Assembly (NCBI GenBank): GCA_024654265.1
Contig: JANLIO010000059.1
Coordinates: 1-48,218 of the forward strand
Source: a bacterium
GTDB taxonomy: Bacteria > Patescibacteriota > Patescibacteriia > 2-12-FULL-60-25
Direction of reading: 5' to 3'
Length of the DNA: 48,218 nucleotides
The translations under genes were made by a program, and so were the position numbers. Numbering within the stretch: the first letter of the stretch is position 1; every line of letters begins with the position of its first letter. Under the pieces are notes generated by a model. It did no database searches, had not been told where the DNA came from, and was given only the letters and a program-made list of their open reading frames with translations. This document shows, in pieces, positions 45,528 to 48,218 of the stretch.

Positions 45528-47366
45528 ATGATAGACGAACAAAAAAATACATTAAAACTTGGAGCGATTTGGGCTTCTGTTCTTTTCGTGTCTATCACAT
45601 GCGTTGTGGCTCTTTTTGTGGGCGCTGAGTTTGGGTATTCACGTCTCTACGAAAATAGGATCTACCCTGGTACTCGAGTATATGGCGTTCGTGTGAATGG
45701 TTTGACTCGTGAAGAAGCCCGCGAAACAGTGCAAAAGCAAATTGATACAGAGCTTGTGCACGGATTTCGTTTTGTGTTTGTTGGGCAAGAAGTTCAATTG
45801 CAAAGTACGTTGCTTTCTACAGATCCGGACGCATCAAGAGATTTAATCCGATATGATGTTGAGCATGCGGTTGACGATGCATATGCGATTGGAAGGAATC
45901 GATCTTGGCTTCAAAATGCAGTTACCCAGCTCGCGGTTCGTGTCCGTGGTGCAAATGTGGTTGGAAATATCTTCCTAGACGAAGCCGTTCTTCATGATTC
46001 TCTGTTGGTTGCGTATGAGGAAAAGCTAAAGCCACCACAGGATGCGTCGTTTTCATACGTCATTGATTCTGCGGGTGTTCCGTTTATTCATATCGAGAAT
46101 GAACGGAGCGGATATATTCTTGAGATAGGAGATGCGCTTGAAACTCTTCGTTCACAAGCCGAGGCGTTAAATTTTCAGCCAATCGCGCTTCGCGAGACAC
46201 GTTCAGAGCCTTCCATATTTCGAGTTGATCTTGAGCCGATTCTTCCTGAAGTCGAACTTTTCCTTCAGCGTCCTGCGCTTACATTCACCTACTCTGGAAA
46301 ATCGTATGTGTTTGGACCGGCAGAGTTTTCGGGATGGATTGTTCCACGGCGAGGCGAAGATGGCGTGATGCATATCGCATTTGATGAAGCGCGTTTTGCG
46401 GAATCGATTCACACGCGTATTCCAGACTTGGAAAAAGAAGTTGTAAATGGAAACTTAGTTATTAAAGATGGAGTCATCGATTCGTTCACACCGGGGCAGA
46501 ATGGAAATACACTCAATGCATCTTCAACACTTGCAACGGTTTGGGGGGAGTGGCCGGAGAAAACAACATTTTCAATTGATACGGAAGTGATTCTCGCCTC
46601 GTTGCTTGGTGATGATCCGGAGCGTTTGGGTATTCGCGAAATCATTGGTGTTGGAACTTCGAATTTTGCAGGATCGCCTCAAAATCGACGGAAAAACATT
46701 GCCTTGGGAGTTGAAAAAGTAAATGGAACGATTATTCCACCGGGTGAGGAGTTTTCGCTGTTAAAAACATTAGGACCTGTTGATGGGGCGCATGGGTGGC
46801 TGACGGAATTGGTGATCAAAGGAAATAAAACAATACCTGAATTTGGTGGCGGATTATGTCAGATTGGAACAACCGTATTCCGTGGCACCATGGATTCAGG
46901 ATTGAAAATTATAGAACGTCAAAATCATTCGTATCGTGTGAGTTATTACGAGCCAGCGGGAACCGACGCAACGATTTATGAACCAGCGCCGGATTACCGT
47001 TTTTTGAATGATACAGGCAATTACATTTTAATTAATGGGTACATTCGAGGAGATGAGGTTGTCTTTGAATTTTGGGGAACGAGCGACGGTCGTACGGTTG
47101 AGCCTCGTACGCCAATTATTTACAACATCACGCCTCCGCCCCCAATGAAGCTTATTGAAACATTGGATTTACCGCCTGGAAAAAAGAAATGCACAGAGTC
47201 GGCACATGCTGGAGCAGATGCGAGTCTGAAATACATTGTGAATTATAAAGATGGCACAACATTTGAAGAGGAGTTCATCAGTCATTACCGACCGTGGCAG
47301 GCCGTGTGTCTCGTTGGCGTTGAAGAGTTATCCGTAAATGCAACAAGTACAGGGTTAGGAGAGTAG
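45528..47366 (+). CDS. VanW-family protein with peptidoglycan-binding (PG_binding_4-like) region
   Basis: N-terminal TM; R.KNI.L....NG.II.PGEEFS, GGGLCQ..TT.F, ERQNHS, G.DAT, D.RF.N. Confidence 0.9.
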   Translation: MIDEQKNTLKLGAIWASVLFVSITCVVALFVGAEFGYSRLYENRIYPGTRVYGVRVNGLTREEARETVQKQIDTELVHGFRFVFVGQEVQLQSTLLSTDPDASRDLIRYDVEHAVDDAYAIGRNRSWLQNAVTQLAVRVRGANVVGNIFLDEAVLHDSLLVAYEEKLKPPQDASFSYVIDSAGVPFIHIENERSGYILEIGDALETLRSQAEALNFQPIALRETRSEPSIFRVDLEPILPEVELFLQRPALTFTYSGKSYVFGPAEFSGWIVPRRGEDGVMHIAFDEARFAESIHTRIPDLEKEVVNGNLVIKDGVIDSFTPGQNGNTLNASSTLATVWGEWPEKTTFSIDTEVILASLLGDDPERLGIREIIGVGTSNFAGSPQNRRKNIALGVEKVNGTIIPPGEEFSLLKTLGPVDGAHGWLTELVIKGNKTIPEFGGGLCQIGTTVFRGTMDSGLKIIERQNHSYRVSYYEPAGTDATIYEPAPDYRFLNDTGNYILINGYIRGDEVVFEFWGTSDGRTVEPRTPIIYNITPPPPMKLIETLDLPPGKKKCTESAHAGADASLKYIVNYKDGTTFEEEFISHYRPWQAVCLVGVEELSVNATSTGLGE

Positions 47367-47404
47367 TTCTTCCCCCTTGTGACTTGCTCCCGTATACTAC
47401 AGGC

Positions 47405-47770
47405 ATGTTGGAACAGGAAAATTGGTTTTCTCAAGATGAAGGGGAGCTTTCACTCGATGTTTTTCGTGATGGAGATGATCTTGTTATACGATCTTTGCTT
47501 GCCGGAGTGACGCAAGATGATCTCGATATTTCATTACATGACGACCTGCTTACAATCCGAGGAGATCGAAAGTCAACGCGAACAATTCAAGAAAAAGATT
47601 GGGTCACTCAAGAATGTTATTGGGGAGCTTTTAGCCGATCACTTGTTCTTCCATTTGATGTTGATTCGGAACACGTCAACGCATCCATGGAAAATGGCAT
47701 TTTAGAAATTCGTATACCAATTCAAAAGCAAAAAAAATCCGTTCAAGTACGGTTTGTCGAAGGGCGATAG
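47405..47770 (+). CDS. Hsp20/alpha-crystallin small heat-shock protein
   Basis: LDVF, AGV..DDLDI, LTIRG.R, ECYWGAFSRS..LP, A.MENGILEI.IP. Confidence 0.93.
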   Translation: MLEQENWFSQDEGELSLDVFRDGDDLVIRSLLAGVTQDDLDISLHDDLLTIRGDRKSTRTIQEKDWVTQECYWGAFSRSLVLPFDVDSEHVNASMENGILEIRIPIQKQKKSVQVRFVEGR

Positions 47771-47773
47771 AAA

Positions 47774-47850
47774 GTGTGGAGTGAAGAGTGCAAAGCGTGA
47801 GGCGTGGAGCGTGGAGCGCAAGGCGCGAAGCGCGAAGCGTGGAGCGTTGT
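47774..47850. repeat. Degenerate 7-bp tandem array (11 units)
   Basis: gtgtgga gtgaaga gtgcaaa gcgtgag gcgtgga gcgtgga gcgcaag gcgcgaa gcgcgaa gcgtgga gcgttgt. Confidence 0.85.
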
Positions 47851-47860
47851 ATTTTTTTTT

Positions 47861-48218
47861 GTCATCCTTTCCGAATGCGTTCGGGGGGAACTCGGAGAAA
47901 AACAGTGTGCCATCTTCTAACTTATGATTCTCCCCTTGGAAGGGGAGATACAGAGGGGTATCGAAAAAACCTCCCCGCTCCCCTCCTTAGTAAGGAGGGG
48001 GTTGATCTTATCTAAAGAGCACTCATAAGGAGTATCCCTATGATTATTCCAAATTCCCTTCTATGAAAATCGGATGTCCGACACCCAATCAAACGGACAC
48101 CCCGTGTCCCAGTTTCATCAAACCTTCAAAACTCCTAACCTATTAATCTAATGGACAGGGGTTTGGGGGTCGCCTGCCTGTTTGAGTGATCTAGCGATAG
48201 CGTTGAACGAGTTCAGCC
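47861..48218. repeat. Palindromic-repeat mosaic, partly an inverted copy of the left end
   Basis: 47927-47984 approximates the reverse complement of 211-270; 48045-48089 approximates the reverse complement of 77-121; further hairpins present. Confidence 0.8.

Noticed and set aside
1..48218. CRISPR array
   Set aside because: No regularly spaced 23-47-bp direct repeats and no cas genes

Overview
This is a 48.2-kb bacterial chromosomal segment, possibly a whole contig. Gene content points to Patescibacteria/CPR (inference): short YebC, hinge-less short SMC, lamin-tail-domain surface protein, ComEC, stand-alone rpoBC and mostly leaderless core genes. Housekeeping genes include ruvB, malic enzyme, leuS, recA, ftsK, rpoB, rpoC, yebC, ruvC, gyrA, clpP, a DHH phosphoesterase, smc, a VanW-family gene, Hsp20, tRNA-Leu(TAA) and tRNA-Gly(GCC). 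Accessory content: (i) a LexA locus (lexA, small ImuB-C/DUF6504-like protein, Phd-RelE toxin-antitoxin pair, Y-family polymerase with a RecA-N-terminus-like tail), with a GTTC-N7-GTTC box at lexA, dinB and recA; (ii) an AT-rich type II restriction-modification pair; (iii) several orphan ORFs with strong Shine-Dalgarno sites. The most unusual signal is non-coding: at least seven 110-270-nt elements of unrelated sequence but similar architecture (a long 15-35-bp imperfect basal stem, mostly enclosing further hairpins, with strand-biased G-U pairs). They cluster in 21.2-23.9 kb and also occur at 15.3-15.6 kb and 44.9-45.2 kb. The two ends of the window carry mirror-image mosaics of palindromic and heptamer repeats. 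All structures were paired by eye and no database searches were run.
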